A stretch of 54,569 bases of DNA, filler included, from Circinaria calcarea (taxonomy: Eukaryota), in the NCBI GenBank assembly GCA_051942165.1. It is 2 parts of 2 records of this genome, joined end to end, with 100 filler letters (N's around TTAATTAATTAA, not from the genome) between each part and the next. Parts side by side here need not be neighbours in the genome. Positions count along the whole stretch, not along the records: positions 27,380 to 54,569 come from JAVECS010000069.1; 1 more part is not named here. One strand, written 5' to 3'. Made by a program: the position numbers and the translations under genes. Each line of letters begins with the position of its first letter. Within the stretch, counting starts at the first letter, position 1. The notes beneath the pieces were generated by a model. That model did not search any database. It worked only from the letters and a program-made list of their open reading frames with translations, and had not been told where the DNA came from. Of this stretch, positions 38,257 to 51,326 are shown piece by piece.

Positions 38257-41200
38257 TCACGCTTTACTCAAGCTCTGCAAGTTGATAAATTCAAAATACA
38301 CGCCCTTCTCCTGCATCAGCTCATCGTGCGTGCCAGACTCGATGATTCGGCCCTGGTTGAAGACATAGATTATATCTGCCTTCTTTACCGTACTTAAACG
38401 ATGGGCAACAGCGATCGTGGTGCGGCCCTCAGCCGCGGCATCCAGAGCAGCTTGCACGACCTTCTCAGATTCCGAATCAAGAGCTGAAGTGGCTTCGTCC
38501 AGCAAGAGGATCTTGGGGTTACGGAGCAATGCTCGAGCAATCGCAAGGCGTTGTTTCTGACCACCTGACAGCATGCAGCCCTTACTGCCAACAAGAGTAT
38601 CAAGACCGCTCGGTAGACTGATGATGAAGTCGTAGATGTTGGCATCCTTACAGCATTGCACTATTTCCTCTTCCAAAATGTTGTCTCTATCAGTACCTAG
38701 CAGAATGTTCTCGCGGATGGTCCCTCGGTAGAGAGTTGGCTCTTGACTAACAAGCGCTAGATGGGAGCGGTATTCGTTGACGTTGAATGATGAGATTTCC
38801 GTACCGTCAACATAGATCCCGCCAACGAGTGGATTGTAGAATCTTTCTAGTAGGGCAATCGCGGTCGACTTGCCACATCCACTAGCTCCGACGAAGGCGA
38901 CGTACTGTCCTGGCTTGATTTGCAAGTTGAGGCCTCGAAGAACAGGCTGATCCGGTCTTGTTGAATATCTAAAGTGCACATCCTTGAATTCAATATGGCC
39001 TTCTATGCTCTGGACCTTCATGCCGTCTTGGCTCCAGCTATCAACCTCGGGCTTCCTGTCGAAAAGAGTTTTAAGGCTAGCAGCAGCATTTCTGGCCTTG
39101 GCCAGGTCCGGCGCAAAGGCAAAAACAGTTCCTGCAGACTGCGCTCCGAAAATAATCGCGCTAAAGCACAGAAAAAATTGGAACCTAAAATAAGAGTCAG
39201 AATTGACTTCACGATGTCTGGAAAAAGTATCTCATCTACTCACATGCTATATTCATGTCTGCCAAACAAGGTACCTCCATACCAAAAGCCGAGCGCCATG
39301 CAAAGAAACTGAAGAGACTGAGATGCAGCGTAAAGTACGGATGACTTCAGAATCGATACAACTAACTGGCGGCTTTGTCCGAGGAGCTTTTCGTGATAGT
39401 GATTCCAAACGTCATCCTCGCGGGTTAAGGAAGCAACGGTCCGAATGGCTGCAGTGGCCTCACAAGCATAGCTTGCAGACTCTTCGTGGACCTTCTTCTT
39501 CTCCTTCTGGAATGTGACAAGCATAGCTAAACGGAAGTACCCGCAAGCGAGAAGGAGGGGAATGGTGGAGATACACACCAGACTAAGTTTCCACCCTACG
39601 GCCAGACCAATGGCGGAGGCGGCAACTAAAGTGGTGATGAGCAAGAGAAACGTCATGAGAGTAATCCCGGACAGTCCAGCCAGGTGGGTGGTCTCGGTAG
39701 ACAGGAAAGAAGTGAGGGCACCGGACGAGTTCTTGTCGAAATAGGCAATGTCTTGCCGTAGAATATATCGGAATGCTTGGTTGCGGACCCGATGGGTAAG
39801 TCGCTCTGCGCAATATGAAAACGCAATACCCTGGGAGATAAGAGCGAGGAGCTGTACAAAGGCAAGCATCAGATACATCAGAGACCAAAAGTTGGCTTGG
39901 CGCCGTATCTCAGCATGCTCTGAAAGAGGAAGCGAAAGGGCTGTGATGGACTTGGCGAGGAAGACAGCCTGTGTTGGATTACCTCCGCCGCAAATGGCAG
40001 AAAGTAAAAGTCCAAAGACCATGATTTTCCATTCTTTCTTGTTCAAGCCGGCAATGAATCGTACCAGTGTGAATAAGGTATAGTTGTCGCCGCTGTCCTC
40101 TTGTCGCTTCTTCGCAAGTGCCATTCTCGACGCGGTCCTATTGGTCTGTGTCTTGCTAAGCTGAAGATCATCAAGGTGTTCTGCATGAGCCTTTTTGCCC
40201 GAGTTGCTGCCCTTCTCAGCGAACTCGGAGCGCAGCAAGTTATCATCCTTTACAGACAGTATGGGATCTTCATCTTGGTTCCTAGATTCTTGCTTAGTGG
40301 CAATTCGCTGAGCCTCGATCAAGTTGTAGTAAGCCTCTTTCTTCTCGAGGAGTTCATCATGGCTGCCCTGCTCGATGATACGTCCTTCAGACATAACCAC
40401 AATGTTGTCGGCATGCTTGATGGTAGATAGTCGGTGAGCAATAATCACAGTAGTTCGTCCTTGGGCAGCTTTATCAAGTGCTGCTTGAACAACTCCCTCA
40501 CTCTTCGTATCAAGTGCGGATGTCGCTTCGTCAAGTAGCAAGATTTTGGGATCGTTAACTATAGCTCTTGCAATGGCAATACGTTGCTTTTGACCCCCTG
40601 AGAGAAGAAAGCCTCGTTCCCCAATGTTCGTCTCGTAGCCTTCAGGAAGGGTAGTAATAAATTCGTGGACCTGAAAGAACAAGTTTAGAATATTATTTCA
40701 TCAAGAGTTTTTACATAAAGAGTATATCTGAGGGAGGATTTTATGCCGTTAGCTATACTTACGTTTGCCATCTGAGCAGCACGTTCTACCAGCTCACGGA
40801 CCGCTTTTTGGGACTCCTGCCCCTGCGTTGTTCCAATAAGACCGTGCCTGATGTTTTCGTATATAGAAGTGGCGAACAAGACTGGCTCCTGGCTCACCAG
40901 GGATATCTGTCGTCGCAGCCAGCATAGATTCAAATCTTTGACATCATGGCCGTCGATATAAACGCTTCCGCCGACTGGATCGTAGAAACGTTCAACTAGA
41001 CCAACAATAGTGCTTTTGCCAGAACCTGAAGCACCAACAAGCGCGGTGGACTTGCCGGCGGGTATTAGTAGGTTTACATCCTCCATCACAACCACCTCGG
41101 GCCGGGAAGGATATATGTGTTTGATGTTCCGAAGCTCTATATTGCCTTGAACTGCATCCACCTTCTTGCCCTCGGTCGATGCAGGATCGAGAGGAGAGAC

Positions 41201-42576
41201 ACGATCGATTACTGCGTAGATCTTATTCGCCGCAGCGACAGCTGAGGTGACGGCTTGAATATTCGGTGCAACGTTCCCTAGAGCAAAGGCCCCGATCATG
41301 ATGGCCAGTTGAATGGTGAGGATCTGCGATAAGCCGACGGATCCATCCACAAGGAAGCGAGAGCCCATCCAGAAAGCGAGTCCATAGTTGAGGTATATGA
41401 ACCTAGCAGACAAGGTCAGAACATCATGTTATTTGAGATGGCTTAAAAGACTGCCTTGCGGACGGCAGGGCATTTTGCCATTTGCTGAACTTACAGAAAG
41501 AGAAAACCAATCATGGAACTAGTGGTGGACTTGAGTTTGAATCCAGCCTTCTCTGCCTTGATGAGATATGTATCGTATTTTCGAGCCAGCTTCTCTTGGG
41601 TATGGAATGCGGTCGCATTTCGGATGGAGCTGATGACCTCTTCTGCAACTGTTCCGCCTTCAGCAAAATGTGCAATATATATTTTACTGAGCTTGCCGAT
41701 GAACGAGCCCACAGCACCCAATGTAACAACAATGGCTACTACGGTCGAAGACAAAATCAGCGTGAGCTTCCAATATCGTATGAAACTAACAACGAACGCT
41801 GCCACAAAGGTGGCAACAGCTGTCAAGGTCAATCCAACTTTTTCTGAAAGACCTTCTTGGACCAGGTTGGTGTCTGCTGTGATTCGTGTAGTGATCTCAC
41901 CGGCACCGAGTTCGTCGAAGAAAGCAATGTTCTGCCGGAGAATAGCGGCCAAGAACTGCTCTCTTATCTTTGAGGAAATGTGTTCACCTGCGTACAGGAA
42001 GCCCACCGTGGCTATGTAAACCATCACAAACTCGCCAATAGCAAGATAGACAAAGTACAGAGAGTACCTGGCAAGCTCGCTGGTGAATTGGCTCGGAGAT
42101 GTGTTGCCTAGGGTATAGCCCTGGAAGGTGCCTGCAAGACCTCCAAACAGTACAGTCATGAGTGGCAAGAGTGCACCACCTATGATCGCCGCGAGCCCGG
42201 CGATGACCAAGATTATCTTGTCGTTCCTTGTCGCATAACGGTATAGAGTCATGTAATTGACCTTGACGGCGGGCAGGTCCAGCTGCCTTTTCAGGATTTC
42301 CTTTTCATGCTCGGGTAGATGCTTGAATGGATCATCAATATCTGCATTTGGTGGAGTTGAATCCACTGTGTCCAAGGGAAGTCTGGTGGGCTTCGCTTCA
42401 TGGGATGCCCGAGTGAACTTTTGCTGACCTCCTTCTAACTGCATTTGAGGTTCTGTGCCTCCAGAAGGTGCAGATTCGTACTGCACGCCCCCCTTTTCTG
42501 TTCCCAGATCAGTTGCTTGTGTGTGAGGCTCCACGTCTCCCTCGAGTGTCTTTTGTGTCATGTCTAAGTTCGCCAT
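38257..42576 (-). CDS. Full-length ABCB/MDR (P-glycoprotein-type) multidrug transporter (~1358 aa, 4 exons)
   Basis: (TMD-NBD)2 layout. Walker [10 protein letters not shown] and GASGCGKST; signature LSGGQKQR x2; [11 protein letters not shown] x2. Introns 41403-41494, 40671-40762 and 39185-39243 give an intact frame. Confidence 0.96.
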
Positions 42577-42883
42577 GTTGTGAGGCTTCGGCGATTGCTT
42601 TAGGGTGCGTGTGAGAGGGGTGCTCTACCCAGCCAGGGACGCAGCCGGTGCTGCTGCTGAGGGCGTATTCTCGCCGAAGAGTAAGCACGAGAGTGAGAAA
42701 TGAGTGAAAATGTAGCTTGAATACACAGCAATGTTGGCCAAAATGTGTTATTGTTGTTGTTGTTGTCGTTGTTGTTCGAGGCAGAGGCTCGATATCAGAA
42801 AGTGGTTCCCTGACCGCTGGTCGCGTTTGTTTACGCGATTAATTTCGGAATGTGATGCATCCACGCCCAAGATGACTTACGGC

Positions 42884-43121
42884 AACTACTGTGGTCGCAG
42901 GGGAAATTGTTCATAGCTCGGCGCTAAAGTCATTAGAATCCTCACTCAGACTATTAAAATTTTTCAGGTATTTTAACTCCATATCCTATTCTGATTGGTT
43001 CAATTGGTATGCATACGAAGTACTAGAAGTAAATAACAAAGCTTTTCCAGAGTTTAACTGCACTAGGCATTGATCTACTAGCGCCGAGCGATGAACAATT
43101 TCCCATCCGACCACAGTAGTT
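42884..43121. repeat. Inverted repeat (43-bp arms, ~150-bp AT-rich spacer), MITE-like
   Basis: Arm 42884-42926 AACTACTGTGGTCGCAGGGGAAATTGTTCATAGCTCGGCGCTA matches the reverse complement of 43079-43121 at 40/43. Confidence 0.85.
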
Positions 43122-43309
43122 CCCGCGTTTCTCCATCCGTAGTGCATCCAGCCGAGCTAAACAGTGACCTTTTCATCAGTTCCGCGAGCCTTACCCTAGT
43201 CTCGGTATCTACGACGCAGATCAAACGGCATGGCTAATTGGAAGGCTACGCATGCTAGCCCCAATTTAGACAGCCGGCACAGGCTGGCGTATCTCGGCCC
43301 GCTTCTGTT

Positions 43310-43402
43310 TCGGGATCTATCCGGTCGGCATTCAATTCGGAACTTATTACGGAGTACTCCGTACACCGGATGTTTCCCGATTCGAGACTCGGAGATCCCG
43401 AT
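43310..43402. promoter_or_regulatory. CGG/CCG-rich patch, candidate Zn2Cys6 binding sites
   Basis: Perfect 16-bp palindrome TACGGAGTACTCCGTA (43348-43363, CGG-N6-CCG). Flanked by TCGGGATCTATCCGG and CCGGATGTTTCCCGA (shared TCGGGANNNATCCGG in opposite orientation) and by TCGGAGATCCCGA. Confidence 0.4.
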
Positions 43403-43602
43403 CTCCCAAATGCTTGTGATCCCGTATAGCCTATATGCTCAGTCAGGATCGCTGATCTCGTGAACAGTGACAGACGAGTGAGAGGCCATCCAGACCATGC
43501 CACCTCCTTTCCACTTTCTCGCCTCCATCGGACTTCACATGCGTTCAGCCGCTCCTCAGATTCATACTTGAATTTTATTCCCAACACCAAACTCCACCAA
43601 TC

Positions 43603-46051
43603 ATGCGGGTTATTATTGTTGGTGGTGGTCTGGCTGGTCTAACCCTCGCAAGTGCATTGGAAAAGGCAGATGTCGACTTTGTACTGCTGGAAGCTCGAGC
43701 TCGATTAGACCCGCAAGTTGGGGCATCGATTGGGCTCAATGCAGCCGCAATGCGCATTTTGGACCAGCTGGGGGCTGCCCAGGATATCATCAAGCATACA
43801 GCACCAGTCAAAGTATCCAAAGTTCATCGCAGCGACGGTGAATTGGTCATGCCTCCAGCCTTTACTTTCCAGATCTTAAAAGCAAGGTATGACATAAGTG
43901 ACTTTCTCGCTTACCGAAAGTGTTGATATTAAAGAAAATCCTAGGTTTGGCTATGGAGTAGCTTTCCTGGATCGACAGCTTGTTCTACGAGCTTTGGCCA
44001 ACTCAATTGCACAGAAGAACAAGATGCTGCTCAATAAGATAGTACTGAATATCGACCACACTGATTCTGGCGTCACTGTGATTTGCAAGGACGGTTTATC
44101 ATACTATGGAGACGTCGTTGTTGGGTGCGATGGTGTCAACAGCAAGGCATCGATCCGTAATGAAATGTACCGTCTTGCTAGCAAGGAGGATCCAGAACAT
44201 TTCCCAGAGGCAGAGAAGATAAGTACGTATAGAAATCTGTGGCTCAGAAACGGCAACTAATAATCTTTACCAGAAATGACTGCCGAGTTTAATTGTCTCT
44301 TCGGTATATCTGACCCCGTGGACGGCCTCAACGAAGGTGACGTCGACACTACTTTTGACAAGGGTAGAAACATGCTTATAATTACCGGTAAACATGGACG
44401 AGTATATTGGTTCTACCACGAGAAGCTGGACAAACTTTACCATGTCGGTGCTAGAGACTTCCCGCGATACTCCAAAGCCGATGCCGAGAATCTCGCACTT
44501 AAGAACGCCTGGCGACATGTGAATGAGACTGTGACGCTGGGAGACGTGTGGGAAAAGCGTGTGTCCTACACATTGGTGCCGTTAGAGGAGGCTCTCTTCA
44601 ACACCTGGAGCTGGGGACGCATAGCGACTGTTGGAGACAACGCCCACAAGATGACACCTAATCATGGCCAGGCCGGAAACAATGCCATCGAGTCTGCCGC
44701 TGCGCTGGCAAATCAACTCAAAAAAGTCCATGATGATGGGCTGATCACCTCCCAAGCAATCAAGTCAGCGTTGCGGAAGTGGCAAGAGAAGCGCTGGGTC
44801 CGCGTCAACGCGACAGTCAAAGAAGCCGCGGCTGTTTGCCGGATGCAGGCGCTGGATAGTCGAATGGCCTACTACGTCATGAACTATGTTGTGCCCAATG
44901 CCACCGAGTGGCTTCTGACATTGGTCACCAACACGCTCATCGGCGCTGAGATCCTCGAGTACCTGCCAGTACCTGCCCAGTCCTTTGAAGGCTCATGTCC
45001 CTTCAATCCAAACCAAGGCGTCGGCAAGCACGAAAGCGTGCTCAAACGTGCGGCCATCGCCGCACCATTGCTCATTTTCTCTTACTGGATGGCGAGATTG
45101 ACATCAGCCGGCGGTATCGGGGATTCTATGAACCAGCTCTTGCAGCCAGGACAATTCACACACACTGATGAACGAACGCAATGGCTCCAAAGCTTACGCT
45201 TCCTCGTTGAAGGAAGTCTCATTTATGTCATCTGGCTGATCGAATCGAACCGTCGAGCCAATGTGCTGACTTTCGCCCAGCTCCCAGCGGTCTTCTGCAT
45301 CCTCGCCCTCAGGTTCGGCATAGGCGTCATCAGTCCTTGTTATTATTTTTTGCATTTCGTATTCTCGCGCGTCGAGAAATTCGCAGCGGCAGATGCAAGG
45401 CTCACCAACGTGGCCTACACCCGGACGATCTTGCCCTTGATACTGCTTTTCATCAGCGCGCCGATTTTCCTGGCCTTAACAGGCTACTCTGTCACCGTCG
45501 ACAAGGTATCGTGGCACTGGCACTGGATACTGCAACCACCGTTTATGGTCGCGATCGTCCAGTGGGTACTGGTCAAAGCTCAGCTCAGCAAGGTCAGTAT
45601 GCACGAGGATACGATGGGCAATCAAAAACGGGATCTCTCGTACATTCGATGGTGCGTGTATACTCTCAGTGCCATCTCTGCAGCGACTTGGATATCAGCC
45701 GAGCTCTCGGACGCTTCCTCGCTTTCTCTCTTACCCGGAGATTCTGTCGAGGCGAATCGGCACGGGATTCTACTCTCGAGTCTCTTCTGGGTCGGTCTTT
45801 TGCTCCACGACATCAAGAGCGCCGGGATGGTCAAAGACAGGTGGGTGAAGATCCTCGCGGTGGGTTTAGTGGCTGGTGTGACTGCAGGGCCGGCTGTGGC
45901 CGTGGCGCTTGAGTGGATGTGGCGGGAGGAGATACTTGCGTCGAAGAGAGAAAGGCAGGCACTCACCAGGGACAGGTATGCAGGGAAATCGATCCTCGAC
46001 GTTCGGAGAAGAGATGTGCCTGCCACTTGTGAGGGCAAAGTCGTAGACTAG
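43603..46051 (+). CDS. FAD-dependent monooxygenase (PaxM/CtvC-like epoxidase type) with a C-terminal multi-pass membrane domain (~779 aa, 3 exons)
   Basis: VIIVGGGLAGL (GxGxxG), VGCDGVNS (DG), TVGDNAHKMTPNHGQAGN (GD). Introns 43887-43944 and 44223-44273. The last ~330 aa carry several hydrophobic helices. Confidence 0.93.
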
Positions 46052-46145
46052 CTGAATCATCTGCCACCCTAGCATCTCGTCCGTGCCAGCCGAGCCTGCC
46101 AATTCTAACCTTGTATTAGAAAACGCACGGTTCATCTTTTACCGT

Positions 46146-46305
46146 TGCTAGCAAAAGCGTAAGCGCTTTTTCGAGGGTCCAATCCCCGCAAGGGTAAAAA
46201 AAAAGCGCTACCGCTGCTGGCTAGCGTTAATTCCTAATCTCTTGCGGAAATCGCTTCAACAGATTATCGTGGACCCTCGAAAAAGCGCCTACGCTTTTGT
46301 TAGCA
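46146..46305. repeat. 160-bp fold-back element (36-bp terminal inverted repeats), MITE-like
   Basis: 46146-46181 TGCTAGCAAAAGCGTAAGCGCTTTTTCGAGGGTCCA matches the reverse complement of 46270-46305 at 34/36. An inner CCGCAAG/CTTGCGG pair is also present. Confidence 0.85.
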
Positions 46306-46715
46306 TGCATACACCGACGCATCCCACTTTCTTTCTTAGATCGAAGAAAATATTTGCCAAGCTTTATTTATTTACAATTAAACTCGGCGAGCAATTGGGG
46401 GAAAAAATACCTTGAGAGTACTTAGAATTAAGTTCAAAAGATATTAATCCAGACCTTACTCGTATGAATCACGCATCGCGATAAGCAATAGACTTTAAGA
46501 ATTTATATTTGTTGACGCAAAAGTGAAATTACGTGAAATCACACTAGTGCGCTAGACGTGCCTCGCGACCCCTTTGTGATAGATTTTCCTTTGTGGAGCA
46601 CACCCAAAAACCGACACAGACAAAGCTTCCAAACAGCTTTCCGCCGTTCGGTATCTGATGTAAGATCGTCTCTTTGAATCCAAGCCGGAGCGCCCGTCAA
46701 AAGGCAAGGACGGAT

Positions 46716-48592
46716 TTACAGAGGAGTGAGCCTGACGTAGCATTGTCTTGGCATTCGGAAAAGCCGCTGTTGGGATTCCATGCTGTCCAACCCTTTAGGG
46801 AGACGCTCGAACTTGAAGTTCAAGACCAGGAGCACGAGGTTTACACGAAACTCCATCAATGCGAGATTTCTGCCTAAGTACCGTATCATTGTTAGCCAGA
46901 TGCTTTCGCACCCATCTACTCTAGTGACCGAAGCAAGGGACAAGTGAAGCGAGACATGGAATGAGACATACCATAGCACATCCGAGGACCAGCAGAGAAT
47001 GCCAGACGTGGGAGTTGGCGAGGGTTGAAGGAACCGTCTTCTGCAAGCCATCGTTCCGGCTCAAAATCATCCATGCCACTCGGGTCCCAGTGCGATTCGA
47101 AGTTGCCCTTGGAGCTATGTGAGGTATCGGATCTCAAACTCTCGGGAATATCGAGAGGCTTCGTACCAATATAAGGGTTGAGAAGTACACTAGTGCCCTT
47201 TGGGATCGGATATCCAAGCACTTGGGTATCGGTTGTAGTTGTTCGAACGAGACGGGGAGAGGTGTTTGCCGCGCGGATGGATTCCTCCATGTATGCTTCC
47301 AGATACGGGATCGAAGTGTATAGGATAGCTTTCGCTAATGGTTGCTCTCCTTTCGATCGTTCTGGAAAGGCGTCGAGCAGGGCCTTTCGCAATTTCTCTT
47401 GCTTTTCGGGGTTGGCGATTAGGAACTTGACGGACCAGGAGAGCAGAACGGCCTTGGTCTCGTGTCCCTATACCACCTCACACGTCAGCTGTCTACCCTG
47501 CAATTGGTATTTTGGCGCAATGAGTCTTACGGCGACCAGAATCATGAACAGTTCATCATGAATCTCCTTTTGAACTGTTTTGGGGAATTTGACGTCAAGA
47601 GGCTGCCCTTGACGTAGGCGGGCAAGAAGATGGCGCCGCACGCCGGTGACCACGGCGGAAGTCTCCTCAAGCTCCTTGAGTTGCTCCTCGGAGAGTCTTG
47701 CTAGCTTCGCGCGGGTGCTTTCTATATGCCCATCAATGGTACTGTTTTTCCGAGCCAATCTCTGCCTGTGGATGGGTTGCTGCCTGAGATACCAAAGGCT
47801 CCAGGTGGGGAACACCGACTTCAATGACTTCGCCACTGTACTTATGAAGAATGACACGTTCTCGCACATTTCGGGCTTCCGAATGGCTGGCAGCTGAGCC
47901 AGCGAGTCTGGTGATGCTGGTTGGATGGTGTCTCGAGATGCCCTGAGGACCTCATTGCGTGTATTTTTGATGGCCTCGCCAGGAGTTCCAAATACCACCT
48001 CACCAATCAATTCGAACGCTGCCACATCGAAGTCTTCAAAGCAGGGAAACGGCCGGCCACCAGCCATTTCAGCTTGCGCTCTGAGCAGCTCAATTAGTCC
48101 CAAGGCGCATTGGTACATCTTAGGCTCAGCGACGCGTCGTAGAAAAGGTGTCCCAGTGACACCCTCCCAGAATTTTCTCTGCTCCTTGAATGCAGGCCCA
48201 GTCAATTTGACCAGACTGCAATGCGGAAGAAGAGCGCGATAAGCATCTTGCGTCCTGGGAGCGCGGTCGAATTCGTGCGTGCGATTGCTAAGGATGTCTT
48301 TGACCTCGCGGACGTCATCAATAATGATTGTGGGGTTGGAAAAGGGCGCGAGAAACATCTGAATGACGGGCGAGTTGAGGATCCTGTTCTGCTGGAAGAT
48401 GTATTTGGCTGGGTCCTGGGTTACCTTGACTGCTTCGAGCAGCCCGGCCGCGTCTCCCCAAAATCTTCTCGCCGAGGCAGCATTGTATGGGATTCCTGGA
48501 AATGGCCTTGGATATGCCCACCGGACAATGTAGAGTACAAAGGCGAATAGACCTAAAGTAATCCACGGGAGACGGTCGAACAAGACATTCAT
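46716..48592 (-). CDS. Cytochrome P450 monooxygenase (~571 aa, 3 exons)
   Basis: N-terminal TM helix plus YPRPFPGIPYN. I-helix VA|GHET across intron 47468-47530; EESIR; PERW; heme motif FSAGPRMCYG|RNLA across intron 46874-46971. Confidence 0.95.
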
Positions 48593-48973
48593 CTTTTCTA
48601 GTAGTAACGTATGGAAGAAACCGCAGAGGCAATGCACAAGATCCCCTATTCACCCGTGGATTGTACTCCGAATAACGATATTACTAGAACTGAAATTCCA
48701 TTTGAAAAGGTAGTAATTCTAACCACTTCTAATCATGTTCGACGAATGGCGGAAGTATCCCAAAAGGGATCTAATAGCAAACGGTGCATTCCGATAGTTC
48801 GATCCTGCAGTTTCTATTCGGCTGTCAGAATAGGATATCTCCGCCGGCAAATTAGCCGAATGATATACACCAAGGGGGGAATAGTCATAATTAATCGAAT
48901 TTGTTGAAAAGCATCGCTCGACGATGTATGATAATACTGGTATGACCGGGTCGGATTCGGATTCAACGTCGAG

Positions 48974-50752
48974 ATGAATAAAGTCCAACCCGGCAGATTC
49001 GAGCTCCAGTACAACTCAGCACAGAGCATCGTCGGACTCCTACTGGGATTATATTTGCTGTATTGGATCATCAAAGTTATTTACCGCCTCTACTTCCACC
49101 CTCTGGCTAAATTCCCCGGGCCGAAACTTGCAGGAGCAACATATCTATACGAGCTCTACTACGATCTATACCCTCACAAACTTCGCTACCTTTGGCAAAT
49201 TGAAAAATTGCACCAACAGTACGGCGCCATCGTACGCATCAATCCAGCCCATCTGCACATCAACGACCCGGATTTCCTGGACGATATCTACGCCAGTGGC
49301 AACAAACACAAACGGAATAGGGATGCCTGGTTCTACCGTTCCGAGAAGAATGGCCCGCTTGGGTGGTCTCTGTTCCAGACAGTCGAGCATGACGTCCATC
49401 GCATGCGGAGGGCGACACTGAGTCCCTTCTTCAGCAAGCGCAACATCCATGCCCTGGAAGGGCTCATCGTCGGCAAAGTCGACGAGCTCGTTGAGCGCTT
49501 CGCCATCGCCCACCAAACTGCGGAGGTTGTTCCACTGCTTCACGCCACTGGAGCGTTGACCATGGACATTATTTCCGTCTACGCGTATGGGAAGGATGTC
49601 CGGAAGCTGCAACAGGCGGATTGGGCCTGCAAGGAGCTCGAGGCGTACAGCAAGTTGAGCCAATTGGGGCCTTTTGGCAGGCACTTCGCATGGATATCCA
49701 AGATGGTGCTGGTGACGCTGCCAATGAGTGTCGTGGAGAAAATCAGCCCGGCTGCTGCACTGATCCCCAGGAATCGGGCCTTTTTTCGAGGGTTGATTCA
49801 GGACGCTTTTGTAGCGGAAGGCTCGACGGATAAGGCTCCGTACCGGACCATCTTTCAAGAGATTGTCCAGAGCAACCTGCCGCCGAGTGAGAAGGCCCCC
49901 GCTCGTCTCTCTGCGGAGGCGAATTTACTTCAGATTGCGGGTACAGAAACGACTGCTAGGACACTGGCTGTACTTATCTTCCATCTGATTGACAGCCCGG
50001 CGGTCCTGGACCGTCTTCGTTTGGAGTTGAAACCATATACGCCGGAATCGGGTTCGACCATGTATCTGGCTGAGCTCGAAGCTTTACCGTACTTCGTAAG
50101 TCTGTGTGCCTGACACGCCATTCCCGCCTACCAACTTCAAGGCAAAAAAACTCCTTACTGATGCCGGCAATAGTCGGCCGTTATAACTGAAGGTATCCGG
50201 CTTTCTCATGTTGTGTCCAGCCGAATGCCTAGGTATGCTCCCGATGAACAAATTAAGTACGGCCAATGGGTGATTCCCGTAGGCGTAAGTTCACACAATA
50301 AGAGCTGCAAGACCAGCCAGGCCAGCTAGCTAACTCGTGTAAATCCGTCCAGACACCCGTCATGCAATCCCACTACTTACACCATACGAATCCCAAGATT
50401 TTCCCAGATCCCTACGAATTTAATCCGCAACGTTGGCTTGACGATCCTGACCTAAAGCCCAAATACTTCATGGGTTTTGGCCGAGGGACTAGGATCTGCT
50501 TGGGGATAAAGTGAGTTAATATGTTCCCAAACACTTCTGGAGTCTTTCCCTGATAACTGGATCAGCCTCGTATATGCCGAGCTCTTTCTAACGGTGGCTC
50601 GCGTTATGACCCGTTTCGATATAGAGTTATTTAAGACTGTCAGGTCAAGGGATGTGGATATCGTTCGAGACTGTATCATCGGACTACCGAGCCCTGAAAG
50701 TCCTGGCATTCGAGTGAAAATAAAGAAGGACAGACTGGCTGCCGCTCCATAA
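48974..50752 (+). CDS. Cytochrome P450 monooxygenase, trichodiene-oxygenase (Tri4/CYP58)-like type (~525 aa, 4 exons)
   Basis: YRLYFHPLAKFPGPKLA..T..YELYYD, LHQQYGAIVRINP, AGTETT, EGIR, FNPQRW, FGRGTRICLG. Introns 50096-50173, 50285-50352, 50511-50565. Confidence 0.94.
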
Positions 50753-51326
50753 TTAAATGTACTTTGCCGGGCAAAACGAGTTCTAAATTCGGCTGTCGTC
50801 TTCCCAAACACTTTTAACTGAGTTCCAAGATATTGTCATACTTTCCTGCAATACACCGTCATCATCTGTGAGGTGATGGTGCATTCCATAGAGCCCAATA
50901 ATAAATCTGCTGCGTTTAAAGTCCTTGAACCACCCGCAGAAGCGGTGTAAAGCTCCTTTGGCTGAATGCGAATATGGCGACTCAAAGACGCTAGATTACG
51001 TGACCTCTGAAGCTTACTGCAAGCCTACCTATAAGCACTCTCATAGTGACAATACATGCTTGATGTACTATACCTTCATAGGTAATGGGAGCACGTGCAA
51101 TATTACCCGCCCACCAAACGGATATTACCATGGTAAGCTTGCTACATCAACACCGCTTGGCTTTTCCGGAAATGGAATTTCCGACCAGGCTACTGCAAAA
51201 TATCGTCGTGTGGATACCATGGCACAACTGTCGACGACGCCCGGGCCAGTCCATATATATGCGCAAATGCTTTGACTGTTCTATGTTGCCAACCACTTTC
51301 CGCCTCCTAGCATCCGAATCACGATC

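Noticed and set aside
29282..50121. Numerous antisense and alternate-frame ORFs overlapping cluster genes
   Set aside because: Shadow ORFs of long coding sequences with no independent support.
50925..51275. 116-aa ORF upstream of the SDR
   Set aside because: TTG start, no motifs, and it overlaps the probable SDR promoter.
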